Positions 36,954 through 46,958 of a DNA stretch of 64,000 nt are shown piece by piece. The translations under genes were made by a program, and so were the position numbers. The stretch is from Candidatus Latescibacterota bacterium (GTDB lineage Bacteria; Latescibacterota; UBA2968; UBA8231): the NCBI GenBank assembly GCA_965223905.1, contig CBDCXV010000010.1, forward strand, positions 96,001 to 160,000, given 5' to 3'. The first letter of the stretch is position 1; the number at the start of each line of letters is the position of its first letter. The notes beneath the pieces were generated by a model that ran no database searches, had not been told where the DNA came from, and saw only the letters and a list, made by a program, of their open reading frames with translations.

Positions 36954-37883
36954 TCAGGCCGCAGACGCAGGTTCCCGGTCGCGGCACTCCTGCTCCCAGG
37001 CCTGCCAGTAGCTGCGCAAGCGGCGGCAGAAGGCTCCCGGTTTCTCGGCGTAGATCCTGCGGGCGAGCCGCATCGACTCGGCCTGCAGGCCTTGCCGGCG
37101 CTCGGCGATGGCCCGGTCGAGTTCGGCCAGGGTATCCGGGTTCTCCGCAGCGGAAAGCTCACTGAGGGTGGTTGACAGGACGGAAAGGTCGTGATCGTTT
37201 CCCAGCATGTCGCCGAGGGCGTCGGCCTGGCCGATGGCGGTGGCCATCTGCTCCGGCCAGATCGGTCTGAGGATCTGGTGATGATACCATAGGTATTTGA
37301 CCCGCTTGCGCCATTCGTGGAGACCCTCGTCGGTGGGCCGGCGGGCAGCCTCGCCGAACTCGGCGGAGCCCTGCGCGTAGATACGCCGGAGGCCGCCTTC
37401 GAGCCCCTTCCAGCCGTCGCGGAGAGGCCATTCCGCGGCGCGGCCGTCCGCTTCCTCGAGCTCCTCGACCGCGGCCTCGACCGCAAAAGGGGTCACGCCC
37501 CCGGATCGATAGGCGAGCTCGCGGCCCTCCGCCAGACGGGAGCGAACGGCGCCGAAGCGGTCGGGAGGCAGCCGCTTCCCCAGCCGGGCCGTGAGGGCGT
37601 CGAACGTCTCCACCAGGGCCGCGGCATCCCGCAGCGCCGAAAGCTGTGCCGCGACCCCGCGGTAGCAGGCGTTCTCGCGACGGTAGGTCTCCTTCCCCAG
37701 CTCGGTCCGCACCAGGCGGACAAGGGCGCGCAGGCGTTTCATGCACTTGCGGGCTTCGTGTATCTGCTCGTCGCGCGGACCGGTACGGCTCCGCAGGTGG
37801 GCGACCGCGGCCTGGAGCTGCTCGCGAGCGATTCTGCGTACCCCGGCAGGAACTCCCTCGCCTCGGATCAGTCGGTAGGCCAT
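36954..37883 (-). CDS. CHAD-domain (polyphosphate-binding) protein
   Basis: IHEARKCMKRLRALVRL, LRDA, LHEWRKRVKYLWY, LG-DHD. Confidence 0.92.
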   Translation of the reverse strand: MAYRLIRGEGVPAGVRRIAREQLQAAVAHLRSRTGPRDEQIHEARKCMKRLRALVRLVRTELGKETYRRENACYRGVAAQLSALRDAAALVETFDALTARLGKRLPPDRFGAVRSRLAEGRELAYRSGGVTPFAVEAAVEELEEADGRAAEWPLRDGWKGLEGGLRRIYAQGSAEFGEAARRPTDEGLHEWRKRVKYLWYHHQILRPIWPEQMATAIGQADALGDMLGNDHDLSVLSTTLSELSAAENPDTLAELDRAIAERRQGLQAESMRLARRIYAEKPGAFCRRLRSYWQAWEQECRDREPASAA

Positions 37884-38333
37884 CTCGATTTCTGCAGTGA
37901 AACCATGCTGTCCGGATTTTGGGAAGTTACTCACCGCGAACCTGAATGTCCACCCTAAGGTATAGTACTTACTGATACTTCCATTCATTGCCCCCGGTTC
38001 CTGTAAAACCGTGGCGGCAGCTCCACCCGACCCCCTGGGCTATTTAGCGTAACTCCCTCTGTTTCCATATACTTGAGACAGGTTTGCCGGTCTGGCGGCC
38101 CGCTTCGGGAGTCCCCTGCCGCGGCATTGCTCGGGCAGCCGTCCCCACGGTTCCACCTTTGGGCCCTGAGCCGTCAGGCACGTCGGATCTAGGGTCCGCC
38201 CCCTGGCTCCCGGCCCAGGTTTCATTGCCGCTCCGGCCGCCGCCGATGCCGGACAGGCCCTTCTACTGTTCTGCCGGGCCCGCATTCGCAGCCGATGAGC
38301 CGTGATTCCCCGGATGGAGCCTCCCCCTATCAG

Positions 38334-39398
38334 ATGAAAATCGCCACCGTCATCGGCGCCCGGCCGCAGTTCGTGAAGGCAGCCGCGGTATCCCGCCTTT
38401 TCGCCGCCAGGGCCGGCGACCGCGAGCTGCTCATCCACACCGGCCAGCATTACGACAGGGAGATGTCGGCCATCTTCTTCTCCGACCTCGGAATTCCCGA
38501 GCCGGCCTGCAACCTCGGCATCGGCTCCGGCGGCCACGGCGATCAGACCGGCCGCATGATGATCGCCCTCGAGCCGGTGCTCCTGGAAGAGCTGCCCGAC
38601 CTGCTGCTGGTGTACGGCGACACCAACTCGACCTTGGCCGGCGCCCTGACCGCGGCCAAGCTGCACATCCCCGTCGCCCACGTCGAGGCGGGGCTGAGAA
38701 GCTTCAACCGCCGCATGCCGGAGGAGATCAACCGGGTATTGACCGACCGGCTTTCGCGCTGGCTCTTCTGCCCGACTCCCGCCGCGGTGAGCAATCTCGC
38801 CAGCGAGGGGATTCTCCAGGGTGTCTTCCACACCGGGGACGTGATGTTCGACGTCCACCTGCTGTTCGCCGACCTGGCCGAGACCCGCTCCACCGTGCTC
38901 GCCGACCAGGGCCTGCGCGCCGGGGAGTATTACCTTGCGACCCTGCACCGGGCGGAAAACACCGACTTCCCCGCACGCCTTCGGGAGATATTCGCAGCAC
39001 TCGGCGACCTCGGCCGTCCCGTGTTCCTGCCCCTGCACCCGCGCACGCGCAAGGCGATCGAGGAGCTGGGGCTCGAGGTCGCTCCCCCGGTCCGCCTGGC
39101 GACCCCGGTCTCCTATCTCGACATGGTGATGCTGCAGAAACAGGCCCGGGCGGTTCTCACCGACTCCGGCGGCATGCAGAAGGAGGCCTGGTTCTGCCGC
39201 ACTCCCTGCGTGACCCTGCGCGACGAAACCGAGTGGACGGAGACGGTGGATGCGGGGTGGAACCGGCTGGCCGGCGCCGACAGGGAGGCGATTCTCGCCG
39301 CGGTCGACAGCTTCGAGCACCAGGCCCCCACCGGGACCGTCGACGCCTACGGCGACGGCACCTCCGCCCAGACCATCGTCGATATCCTGACATCCTGA
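38334..39398 (+). CDS. wecB: UDP-N-acetylglucosamine 2-epimerase (non-hydrolysing)
   Basis: GARPQFVK, HTGQHYD, GDTNST, HVEAGLRS, TDSGGMQKEA. Confidence 0.95.
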   Translation: MKIATVIGARPQFVKAAAVSRLFAARAGDRELLIHTGQHYDREMSAIFFSDLGIPEPACNLGIGSGGHGDQTGRMMIALEPVLLEELPDLLLVYGDTNSTLAGALTAAKLHIPVAHVEAGLRSFNRRMPEEINRVLTDRLSRWLFCPTPAAVSNLASEGILQGVFHTGDVMFDVHLLFADLAETRSTVLADQGLRAGEYYLATLHRAENTDFPARLREIFAALGDLGRPVFLPLHPRTRKAIEELGLEVAPPVRLATPVSYLDMVMLQKQARAVLTDSGGMQKEAWFCRTPCVTLRDETEWTETVDAGWNRLAGADREAILAAVDSFEHQAPTGTVDAYGDGTSAQTIVDILTS

Positions 39399-39566
39399 GT
39401 GTCCCCCAGTGTCCTGTCCCGGAAACGGATTGCCGAGGTTCGGCCCCCGAGGAATCGCGTGGGCTTTGGGGGGGGGCGTGCCGGCGGTGTACGGCGAGCG
39501 AAGGCAACGCAGCGATCCGGATGAATCGGCGGAAGAATGGCGGAAATTGACTGGACAGGACAGTAG

Positions 39567-41258
39567 ATGCTCGACCTGATCTCAGCTCCTCCTGCGGCCG
39601 GCGACAGGAATTTCGAGGAGGCGGCCTCCCTGTTCCGCCGCAATTTCTCCGTCCATTCCGGTATTGCCGTGTCTCCTGGCCCAGGCCAGGCACCTGTCGC
39701 TCTGGTGTACGGCGACTGCACTCTCGATTCCCTGCGGCCACTTGCCGAGAGCTACAGCGGCCTGGTAGCCATTCCCGCCCAGCCGCCGGCCGATCCGTCC
39801 GCCTGCGGAAATTCCGACACCTACCGGCTGAACGGGGCCGAGGTGCCGCTGTTTGCCCCTGTCGATGCGCAGGCGGTCCCGGGGTTCCGACCGTTCGCGG
39901 CGACCGAACAGGGGCGGACGCTGGCCTGGGAGGGCCGGCTCGGAACAGCCGAGGTAGTGCTCTTCACCGCGGACCTGGTCTCGGAATCGCAGCGGCTGCT
40001 CAGCGGCGGTTTCGAAGCGGCGACCGGGACCGACGGGCACGGGCGCCACAACCCGCCGCCCCCCGAGGTCTACCGCACCCCGGCGGTCTCCTTCCATTTC
40101 AACCTGGTCGCCAGGGCGGTGCGCCGGGTCTACGACAGGGCGGAGCTTCCCCTGCTCTCCATCCCGCGCTGGCCGGCCTCCGCACCGATGGCGCTGTTCC
40201 TCAGCCACGACGTCGACGCCGTTAAAAAGTGGACGGGCAAGCGGGTGCTGTACGAGCTGGCCCTTTCGGCGTTGCGACGGGAGAACCCTGGCCCGGCACT
40301 CCGCTCCATCGCCGCCGGCCTGCGAGGCCGGGACCCCTACTGGCGCTTCGACGAGCTGCTGGAGCTCGAAGCGGAGTCCGGGTTCCCTTCGACTTGGTTC
40401 TTCGCCCCTTTTGGCGGCGACTACGACCGCCGCACCCGGCCGATAGACCCGGTGTACCGGCGCCGGTCCGCCGAGCTGGTCGAGGCCTTCGCAAGGATCG
40501 GGAGCCGCGGCTGCGAGATCGGCCTTCACGGGGTTCGCGACGCCTTCGTAGAGGCCGCGGAGCTGAGGCGGCAGCTCGAACAGCTCGAGCAGCATGCCGG
40601 CAGCCGGCTCGACGGCCTCCGCTTTCACTACCTGATGTTCCGCCACGGAAGCACTTACGCCGCGGCCGCCGAAACCGGGCTCCGCTACGATGCGAGCCGC
40701 GGCTTCTCCGACCGCGCCGGATTTCGCGACGGCATGGCGGCTCCCTGGTTCCCCTTCGCAGAAGGGAGCGATCTGGTCGAGCTGCCCCTGCACTGCATGG
40801 ACGGTCTGTTCCTGCTCGCCGGGGACCCCGAGACCGCGGCCTCCGAGGTGCAGGAGGCCTACCGCCTTTCCAGGGCGGCAGGAGGCATGTTCAGCTTCCT
40901 GCTCCACCCCGGCTGTCTCGACCCGCTGGAGATCCCCGGGCTCGAGTCCTTCTACCGGGAGCTTCTTTCCCGGGCGCGCCGGGACGGCTGCCTCGGCATG
41001 ACCGGACGGCAGCTGTGCGACTGGTGGCTGGCAAGAGAACGCGTGCTGAAGAGCCTGGAATTCAGTCCCGGCCGCTGGCGGACCGCCGGGGTACCGGTCC
41101 CCGAGGAGATGGAGTTCGCCTTCTCCACTCCTCCCGACTCCGCGGCGGAGATGTCGCTGGAGAGCGGCGAGGTGGCGGCGCGGCGGCAAAACGGCGACCT
41201 CGTGCTACGCCCGGGGCCGGACGATCCCGAGCGCGGGATCACCTTCCTCTCCGGCTGA
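39567..41258 (+). CDS. Polysaccharide deacetylase-family protein
   Basis: FLSHDVD, STWFF, EIGLHG, RFHYL, YDAS-GF--RAGFR-G, ELPLHCMD. Confidence 0.8.
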   Translation: MLDLISAPPAAGDRNFEEAASLFRRNFSVHSGIAVSPGPGQAPVALVYGDCTLDSLRPLAESYSGLVAIPAQPPADPSACGNSDTYRLNGAEVPLFAPVDAQAVPGFRPFAATEQGRTLAWEGRLGTAEVVLFTADLVSESQRLLSGGFEAATGTDGHGRHNPPPPEVYRTPAVSFHFNLVARAVRRVYDRAELPLLSIPRWPASAPMALFLSHDVDAVKKWTGKRVLYELALSALRRENPGPALRSIAAGLRGRDPYWRFDELLELEAESGFPSTWFFAPFGGDYDRRTRPIDPVYRRRSAELVEAFARIGSRGCEIGLHGVRDAFVEAAELRRQLEQLEQHAGSRLDGLRFHYLMFRHGSTYAAAAETGLRYDASRGFSDRAGFRDGMAAPWFPFAEGSDLVELPLHCMDGLFLLAGDPETAASEVQEAYRLSRAAGGMFSFLLHPGCLDPLEIPGLESFYRELLSRARRDGCLGMTGRQLCDWWLARERVLKSLEFSPGRWRTAGVPVPEEMEFAFSTPPDSAAEMSLESGEVAARRQNGDLVLRPGPDDPERGITFLSG

Positions 41259-41277
41259 AGGGTCTGCGGAGAAACCG

Positions 41278-42522
41278 ATGAGCTCCCCCGCGCAGGTGCT
41301 GGTCCTGGTCGTCAACGAGGTCCTCGAGGACGCCCGCGTCTTCAAGACCTGCACCTCCCTTCTCGATGCCGGGGCGCAGGTCACCGTGGGCTGCACCAAT
41401 CCGGGAAGCCGTCCCGAAAAGGAACTGCGCGAGCGCATGCGGATCGTGCGCTTGCCCCACCCCCCCGACTTCTTCCTCAAGCGCTGGTACTCGCAGCTTC
41501 AGGGGCGCCTCGGACGCCGGATCGGCAGCGCGGCAACGAGCCTGCACGAGGAGGCCCCTCCCTCCGGGCTCCGGTCCCTCCTCCGCACCTCTGTGCTTTC
41601 GGCGAACTTCCGCCATCTCCTGCGCACCACAGCCGCCACCAACCAGCGGATGATCCGAGCCTTCTCGGGTGGGGGCTTCGATCTCGTTCACTGCAACGAC
41701 CTCCTCACTCTGGAGGCAGGCTTTGCCCTCAGGGATTCCGGTGCGGCCCGGGAGCTGCTCTACGACGCCCACGAGTTCTGGCCCGGCATGGCCTCCGAGG
41801 GCAGCCTGGCGAATCGAACCTGGGGGGAGATGGAGCGGAAAATGATCGGCCGCGCCGACCACGTGGTCACCGTCAACCCGTTCATTGCGGAGCTGCTGGA
41901 GAAGACCTACCGGCTGCCGCGCACGCCGGCAGTGGTCATGAACTGCCCACTTCTCTCAGCCGAGGAGGCAGGCCGTACTGCCGGCGACCCGGTGCGCGTG
42001 CTGTACCAGGGCAGGCTCCAGGCCTACCGCGGTCTGGAGGAGCTGGTTCTCGCCTTTGCCGCGGTCGAGGGCGGCACCCTGACGATTTCCGGGGACGGCC
42101 CGCTTCAGGGGGGGCTGGAGGCGCTGGTCGAGTCCGCGGGGCTCGGTGAAAAGGTCCGGTTCAGCGGCCGCTTCGCACGCGACGAGGGAATGCAGGTGGT
42201 CGGGGAATGCCACATCGGCGTCATCCCCTACAAACCGGTGAACCTCAACAACACTTATGCATCCCCCAACAAGCTGTTCGAGTACATGATGGGCGGCCTC
42301 GCCCTCGCCACCAGCGACCTCCCGTTCCTTTCCAGCGTCGTCAGGGCGGAAAATGCCGGGATCGTCTTCGAGAGCCTCGAGCCGCCCCAAATCGCCAGGG
42401 ATCTCAACAAGTTGATCGACGACCCGCGGAGTCTGCAACGGTTCCGCGACGCCGGCCGCGACGCCGCCCGCGAGCGCTACCACTGGGAAAGGCAGTTTGC
42501 GCACTATCCCTGGAGACCTTAG
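41278..42522 (+). CDS. Glycosyltransferase family 4
   Basis: DARV-K, VHCND, YDAHE, YQG-L---RGLE, SPNKLFEYMMGG. Confidence 0.9.
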   Translation: MSSPAQVLVLVVNEVLEDARVFKTCTSLLDAGAQVTVGCTNPGSRPEKELRERMRIVRLPHPPDFFLKRWYSQLQGRLGRRIGSAATSLHEEAPPSGLRSLLRTSVLSANFRHLLRTTAATNQRMIRAFSGGGFDLVHCNDLLTLEAGFALRDSGAARELLYDAHEFWPGMASEGSLANRTWGEMERKMIGRADHVVTVNPFIAELLEKTYRLPRTPAVVMNCPLLSAEEAGRTAGDPVRVLYQGRLQAYRGLEELVLAFAAVEGGTLTISGDGPLQGGLEALVESAGLGEKVRFSGRFARDEGMQVVGECHIGVIPYKPVNLNNTYASPNKLFEYMMGGLALATSDLPFLSSVVRAENAGIVFESLEPPQIARDLNKLIDDPRSLQRFRDAGRDAARERYHWERQFAHYPWRP

Positions 42523-42851
42523 CGCCTCCGGGGGCGATCCCGCGTGATTACGGCTGCTTCATCCTCAGGCAAAACCGCGGTTCGGTCGCAATCTCATCTT
42601 TGCGATTTTGCCATCGTCCTGTCCCGGGGTCAGGATCTTTCAATCTGTTTCCAGGACAGGAGACTGACGGGCTTTGGAAAAACCGGGCCCTGGAGCCCGT
42701 CCGGACCCGCCGGGCAGGCCAAGGATCAGGCCGGGGGGCTGCGTCCTGCTTCTCCGGGAACCGCCTGTCTCACCGTGCGTTTGCTGAAGCAACCTCGACG
42801 GGGTATTCGGCAGCCCGAAATGACCCATTTACCGGTTCAGGTTTACTATTC

Positions 42852-42878
42852 TGAGTAGTTCCAATTGAGTAGTTCCAA
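42852..42878 (+). repeat. Perfect 13-bp direct repeat upstream of a secreted-protein gene
   Basis: TGAGTAGTTCCAA at 42852-42864 and 42866-42878, between TACTAT and the GGGAGG RBS. Confidence 0.85.
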
Positions 42879-42899
42879 CCCATCACGCGGGAGGTTCTC

Positions 42900-43538
42900 A
42901 TGCCCCGGATTTCGTCCTTTTTTCTGTTTCTCTGCCTGTTCGCTCTGCCGCTTTCCGCCCAGGACGATGCTCTCACCGGAACCTGGGAGACGAGCTTCAC
43001 CGACCCGGAAGTCGGCGATATCACCATTAGCCTGACCTTCGAGGCGGGCGGCGGTTTCCAGCTCGACCAGGTTATCGAGGCTTCGGACAGCTTCCTGGCC
43101 GAGGCCGGAGACGCGGTGGCCATAGAGGAGTTCACCGCTCACGGCACCGGCACCTACCGGGTCGAGGGGGACAGCCTTTTCGCCGACCTGACCGAGCTGA
43201 ACATGTACGTCGACGGCCGCGACTTCGTCGAGGTGCTGACCGAGGTGGCCCGCGCCCTCGCCCGTATCGCCGCCGACTTCGGCGGAATCTCCGATGAGGA
43301 TTACCCGGCGTTCGAGCAGGCGGCTGTCGACGAGTTACTCGCTGGATTCGACGAGGAGCAGTTCCTCGGCGGATTTGCCGGGGGCGAGCTCGGCACGTAC
43401 GCCATCGAGGGCGACACCCTGTCGATCACCACAACGGTGGAGGGCGAAGTCGACTCCCTGGATTTCATGCGCATCGATACGGCCAGCGCCGTCGCCCCAA
43501 CCACCTGGGGCAGCCTGAAGGCGGATATGCGCCCGTGA
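42900..43538 (+). CDS. Acidic secreted hypothetical protein (lipocalin-like) ending in TTWGSLK tag
   Basis: RBS, signal peptide, LTGTW, GTY-VEGDSL and GTYAIEGDTL, C-terminal SAVAPTTWGSLKADMRP. Confidence 0.8.
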   Translation: MPRISSFFLFLCLFALPLSAQDDALTGTWETSFTDPEVGDITISLTFEAGGGFQLDQVIEASDSFLAEAGDAVAIEEFTAHGTGTYRVEGDSLFADLTELNMYVDGRDFVEVLTEVARALARIAADFGGISDEDYPAFEQAAVDELLAGFDEEQFLGGFAGGELGTYAIEGDTLSITTTVEGEVDSLDFMRIDTASAVAPTTWGSLKADMRP

Positions 43539-43637
43539 GCATGCTTTTGGCTCCGCCGGATTGACCTCCGCCTTCCCTGCCTGACAGCCGGCTTGCCGGC
43601 ACGCCTGGAGCTGCAAAAAAATTCGGCTTTGTTCTTG

Positions 43638-43691
43638 AGGGCCATTGGGATACCTTTATCGCAAGGTATCACCCGGTGGCCTTCTTTTTTT
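43638..43691 (+). terminator. Long hairpin plus U-tract (terminator or attenuator)
   Basis: AGGGCCATTGGGATACCTT-TATCGC-AAGGTATCACCCGGTGGCCTT followed by CTTTTTTT. Confidence 0.7.
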
Positions 43692-43818
43692 GGGCCACCG
43701 GACAATGACAGACGGCCCTCGCAGCCGGCGCGGCGGTCAGCGCAACCGCTGCCCGGGATTTCGGTATGTGCTGCCGGATACCCGGCCGGCCGGGCCTGTC
43801 GAGAGAGGAAGGTTGCTC

Positions 43819-46800
43819 ATGCTGAACCGCCGTTTGCTCCCCTTGCTGGTGGCAGCCGGCTGCGCCGCCCTTTCAACGGCGGACAGCGCGGGAGCCACTT
43901 CGGGCAAAATCGCCGGCACGGTGAGCGATGCCGTTTCGGGCTATCCCCTGCCCGATGCCAACGTCGTCGTAGTAGAGACCGAAGCCGGGGCCTCGACCGA
44001 TTCCAGGGGGCGCTTCTTTCTCCTCAACGTCGACCCCGGCCTCTACACCCTGAAAGTCACCTACGTAGGTTTCCATCCCCTCACCCTGGAGGGAGTGCGC
44101 GTTTCCGCCGGCCTCACCACGGATATCGAGTTCGTCCTCAGCAGCGAAACCATCGAGGTCGAGGAGGTGGTGATCAAGGCGGAGCGCCCCATCATCGACA
44201 AGAACGCCACCAACGCGGTACGCATCGTCGGGGGCGAAGACCTCGAGATCCTGCCCGGGCGAGGGGTTGCCCAGGTGGTCAATCTGCAGCCCGGCGTGGT
44301 CTTGGACGAAGGCGCCCTGCACATCCGCGGCTCCCGCTCCGACGAGATCGGCTACTATGTCGATGGGGCCAGCGTGCGCAACCCGGTTACGGGCGGTGTT
44401 GCCGTCGGCCTGATCGACGAGGCCCTGCAAGAGATTCAGCTGCAGGCCGGTGGCTTCAATGCCGAATACGGCGGCGCCAACGCGGGTATCATCCTGCAGG
44501 AATTGCTCACTGGCTCGCCTGATTGGCAGATCGGCTTGCTGAGCGAGACGGATAATTTCACCTCCGCGTACAAAAAGCGCTTTGGCACCTATTCCTACGG
44601 CTATTCCAACCAGGTCATTACGCTGAGCGGTCCGGTGGCCGGCAACAAGAAAGTCCGGGCTTTCCTGGCCGGGCAGCGCCGGGTGCAGGATTTCCAGCCT
44701 TCCTATTGGGATGGCTTCCAGTTCGACGACCTGGTCGACTCGGGAGATCGCGGCGGACGGAGCCACTGGGCCGAGGACGCCGACGGCCATGCTGTGCCGG
44801 ATACCGTGGATCTGAATCTGCAACCGGGCAACATCGACCATACGAGCCGAGAGCGCCTTGACTTCAACGGCACCCTGCTGTTCGACCTGCAGCCCTTCCA
44901 ACTGCGCCTCACCGGCCTCTATTCCACCGAGGATCGGGAACTCAACCCCGCCCCCATCCGCAACATGCTCAATACGGCGCGCCTGCCCGAACTGGAGCGG
45001 GTGTCGGGCTTGCTCAATGTCAAGGGCACTCACTTTCTCAGTCCCAATACGTTCTACGAAGTGAACGTCAGTCTTTACAGCCAGGGCCGCGAGATCTTCG
45101 ACCCGGTCTTTAGAGACAACTTTATGCTCTACAACGACAGCTTGGCCGTGGCCCAGGCCAACCCCGATTTCACGCCGTATTCCGCCCAGGGCGTGGCGCC
45201 GCGCAACTACGATTTCAACGGCTTTCCCTTTGCCCGGCCGGGCACGCCGGTGTGGCCGTCAAACGGTACGTCCCGGTTCAGTCTTTACGCCGACGAGAAG
45301 GACAGCTACTACGGCCTTGGCGGCAGTCTGACCCGTCAGACCGATGTGCACGAGTACAAGGTAGGCTTCGACATCCAGCGCTGGACCTCGCGGCGCTATG
45401 GAATCGCCCTGAACTCGATCCGCAATGCCATCCGCAATACCTACCCCAAGCTGGATTCGGTCTACGTCGATTACTACGCCGGGGAGATCGCCGACGACGA
45501 GGTAATGGACGCGCTCATCGCCAAGGCTTCGACCCTGGACGACGACGAGGGCAGTCTGGATGATTTTGCCGCCCTGATCCGCAACACCAGTCGGACCGAC
45601 TACTTCGGCTTTGACGCCTTTGGGCGCCCGGACGAAGGCACCGGGCTCGAGGCACCGCGCAATCCGGTGCTGGCTTCGGCCTTTATCCAGGACAAGATCG
45701 AGTACAAGGATCTCATTGTGAACGCCGGGCTGCGCTGGGATTACTTCGATGTCGATAGCTTCCGCTTCAAGGATCCGGAAGCGCCCCAGCGTGACGCTAC
45801 CAACTTCACCATCGATCTCAATTCGATGGAAAAGACCCGCACCTTCCACGAGATCAGCCCGCGGCTCGGGTTCTCGTTCCCGGTGTCGGATGTGACGGTT
45901 TTCCACGTCCAGTACGGCCGCTTTTCGCAGATGCCGGCCATGCGCACCATGTTCACCGGCGGGGCGCGGTTGGCCCTGGAACTGGGCGGCCAGAACTTCA
46001 TCCCTACCCCCACTGCCTTTGACATTGAGCCGATCCGCACCACCCAGTACGAAATCGGCTTCGAGCGCCAGTTCACCGCGGTGGCTTCATTCGACATCAC
46101 CGGCTTCTACCGCGACGTCAAGGGACAGTTGCACCTGCAGCGGCAGGACATTTCGGCTGCGGCCGAGAACGCCAACGCGTACAACTTCCTGCAGAACGGG
46201 GACTTTGCCACTACCAAGGGCGTGGAATTCGTCTTCAAGTTGCGCCGCGTAAACCGCTTGCGCACCGAATTCAACTATACGCTGTCGGATGCACGCGGCA
46301 CTGGGTCGTCGACCAATTCGGCCGTTTCCGGGGTCGAGAACAACACCAACCTGCCGACGATCATCTCGCCGCTGGATTTCAACGAGACGCATCGGGGCAA
46401 TATCTTCCTCGACTACCGCTTTGCGCGCAACGAGGGCGGCGCCATCCTGGAAAATTTAGGTGCCAACCTGCTGATGAAGTTCAGCAGCGGCCACAACTTC
46501 ACCCTGTTCGGCGGGTCCATCGGCCAGCGCGGACCCGAAGAAGGCGGCATTTTGGCCAGCGACGACCCGCGCTCTCGCAAGCCCTTGGAAAGCATCAACG
46601 TATCTTCGACGCCCTGGAGCTTTGAGGTCGATCTGAAAGTGGACAAAGGTTTCAATCTGTTCGGCGCCGACGCCCAGGTCTACCTCTACGCCTATAACCT
46701 GTTCGACCGCAAGAACGTAATCAACGTGTACGGCCGCACCGGCAACGCCGAGGACGACGGCTTCCTCACCAACCCGGATCTGAGCAGCCAGATCGTCGAG

Positions 46801-46938
46801 GCCGGTGGCGGCCCGACTTACCGGCAGCTGTACGAGGCCATCAACTTGGCCAACCGGCAGCACTACTGGTTCAACGAAGGCGGCGATATTTTGGGCGATC
46901 CGCGCCAGATCCGCTTTGGCGTCAAACTGGGCCTCTAG
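43819..46938 (+). CDS. TonB-dependent receptor with N-terminal carboxypeptidase-regulatory-like domain
   Basis: TSGKIAGTV, LHIRGSRSDE--YYVDG, GGFNAEYG, SPRLGFSFPV, PRQIRFGVKLGL. Confidence 0.93.
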   Translation: MLNRRLLPLLVAAGCAALSTADSAGATSGKIAGTVSDAVSGYPLPDANVVVVETEAGASTDSRGRFFLLNVDPGLYTLKVTYVGFHPLTLEGVRVSAGLTTDIEFVLSSETIEVEEVVIKAERPIIDKNATNAVRIVGGEDLEILPGRGVAQVVNLQPGVVLDEGALHIRGSRSDEIGYYVDGASVRNPVTGGVAVGLIDEALQEIQLQAGGFNAEYGGANAGIILQELLTGSPDWQIGLLSETDNFTSAYKKRFGTYSYGYSNQVITLSGPVAGNKKVRAFLAGQRRVQDFQPSYWDGFQFDDLVDSGDRGGRSHWAEDADGHAVPDTVDLNLQPGNIDHTSRERLDFNGTLLFDLQPFQLRLTGLYSTEDRELNPAPIRNMLNTARLPELERVSGLLNVKGTHFLSPNTFYEVNVSLYSQGREIFDPVFRDNFMLYNDSLAVAQANPDFTPYSAQGVAPRNYDFNGFPFARPGTPVWPSNGTSRFSLYADEKDSYYGLGGSLTRQTDVHEYKVGFDIQRWTSRRYGIALNSIRNAIRNTYPKLDSVYVDYYAGEIADDEVMDALIAKASTLDDDEGSLDDFAALIRNTSRTDYFGFDAFGRPDEGTGLEAPRNPVLASAFIQDKIEYKDLIVNAGLRWDYFDVDSFRFKDPEAPQRDATNFTIDLNSMEKTRTFHEISPRLGFSFPVSDVTVFHVQYGRFSQMPAMRTMFTGGARLALELGGQNFIPTPTAFDIEPIRTTQYEIGFERQFTAVASFDITGFYRDVKGQLHLQRQDISAAAENANAYNFLQNGDFATTKGVEFVFKLRRVNRLRTEFNYTLSDARGTGSSTNSAVSGVENNTNLPTIISPLDFNETHRGNIFLDYRFARNEGGAILENLGANLLMKFSSGHNFTLFGGSIGQRGPEEGGILASDDPRSRKPLESINVSSTPWSFEVDLKVDKGFNLFGADAQVYLYAYNLFDRKNVINVYGRTGNAEDDGFLTNPDLSSQIVEAGGGPTYRQLYEAINLANRQHYWFNEGGDILGDPRQIRFGVKLGL

Positions 46939-46958
46939 GATACGGAGGGAAAGACGCT

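Noticed and set aside
43596-43612. Second sigma54 promoter upstream of the receptor trio (CGGCACGCCTGGAGC)
   Set aside because: GG-N10-GC spacing holds but the TTGC element is missing; expected by chance at this GC content.
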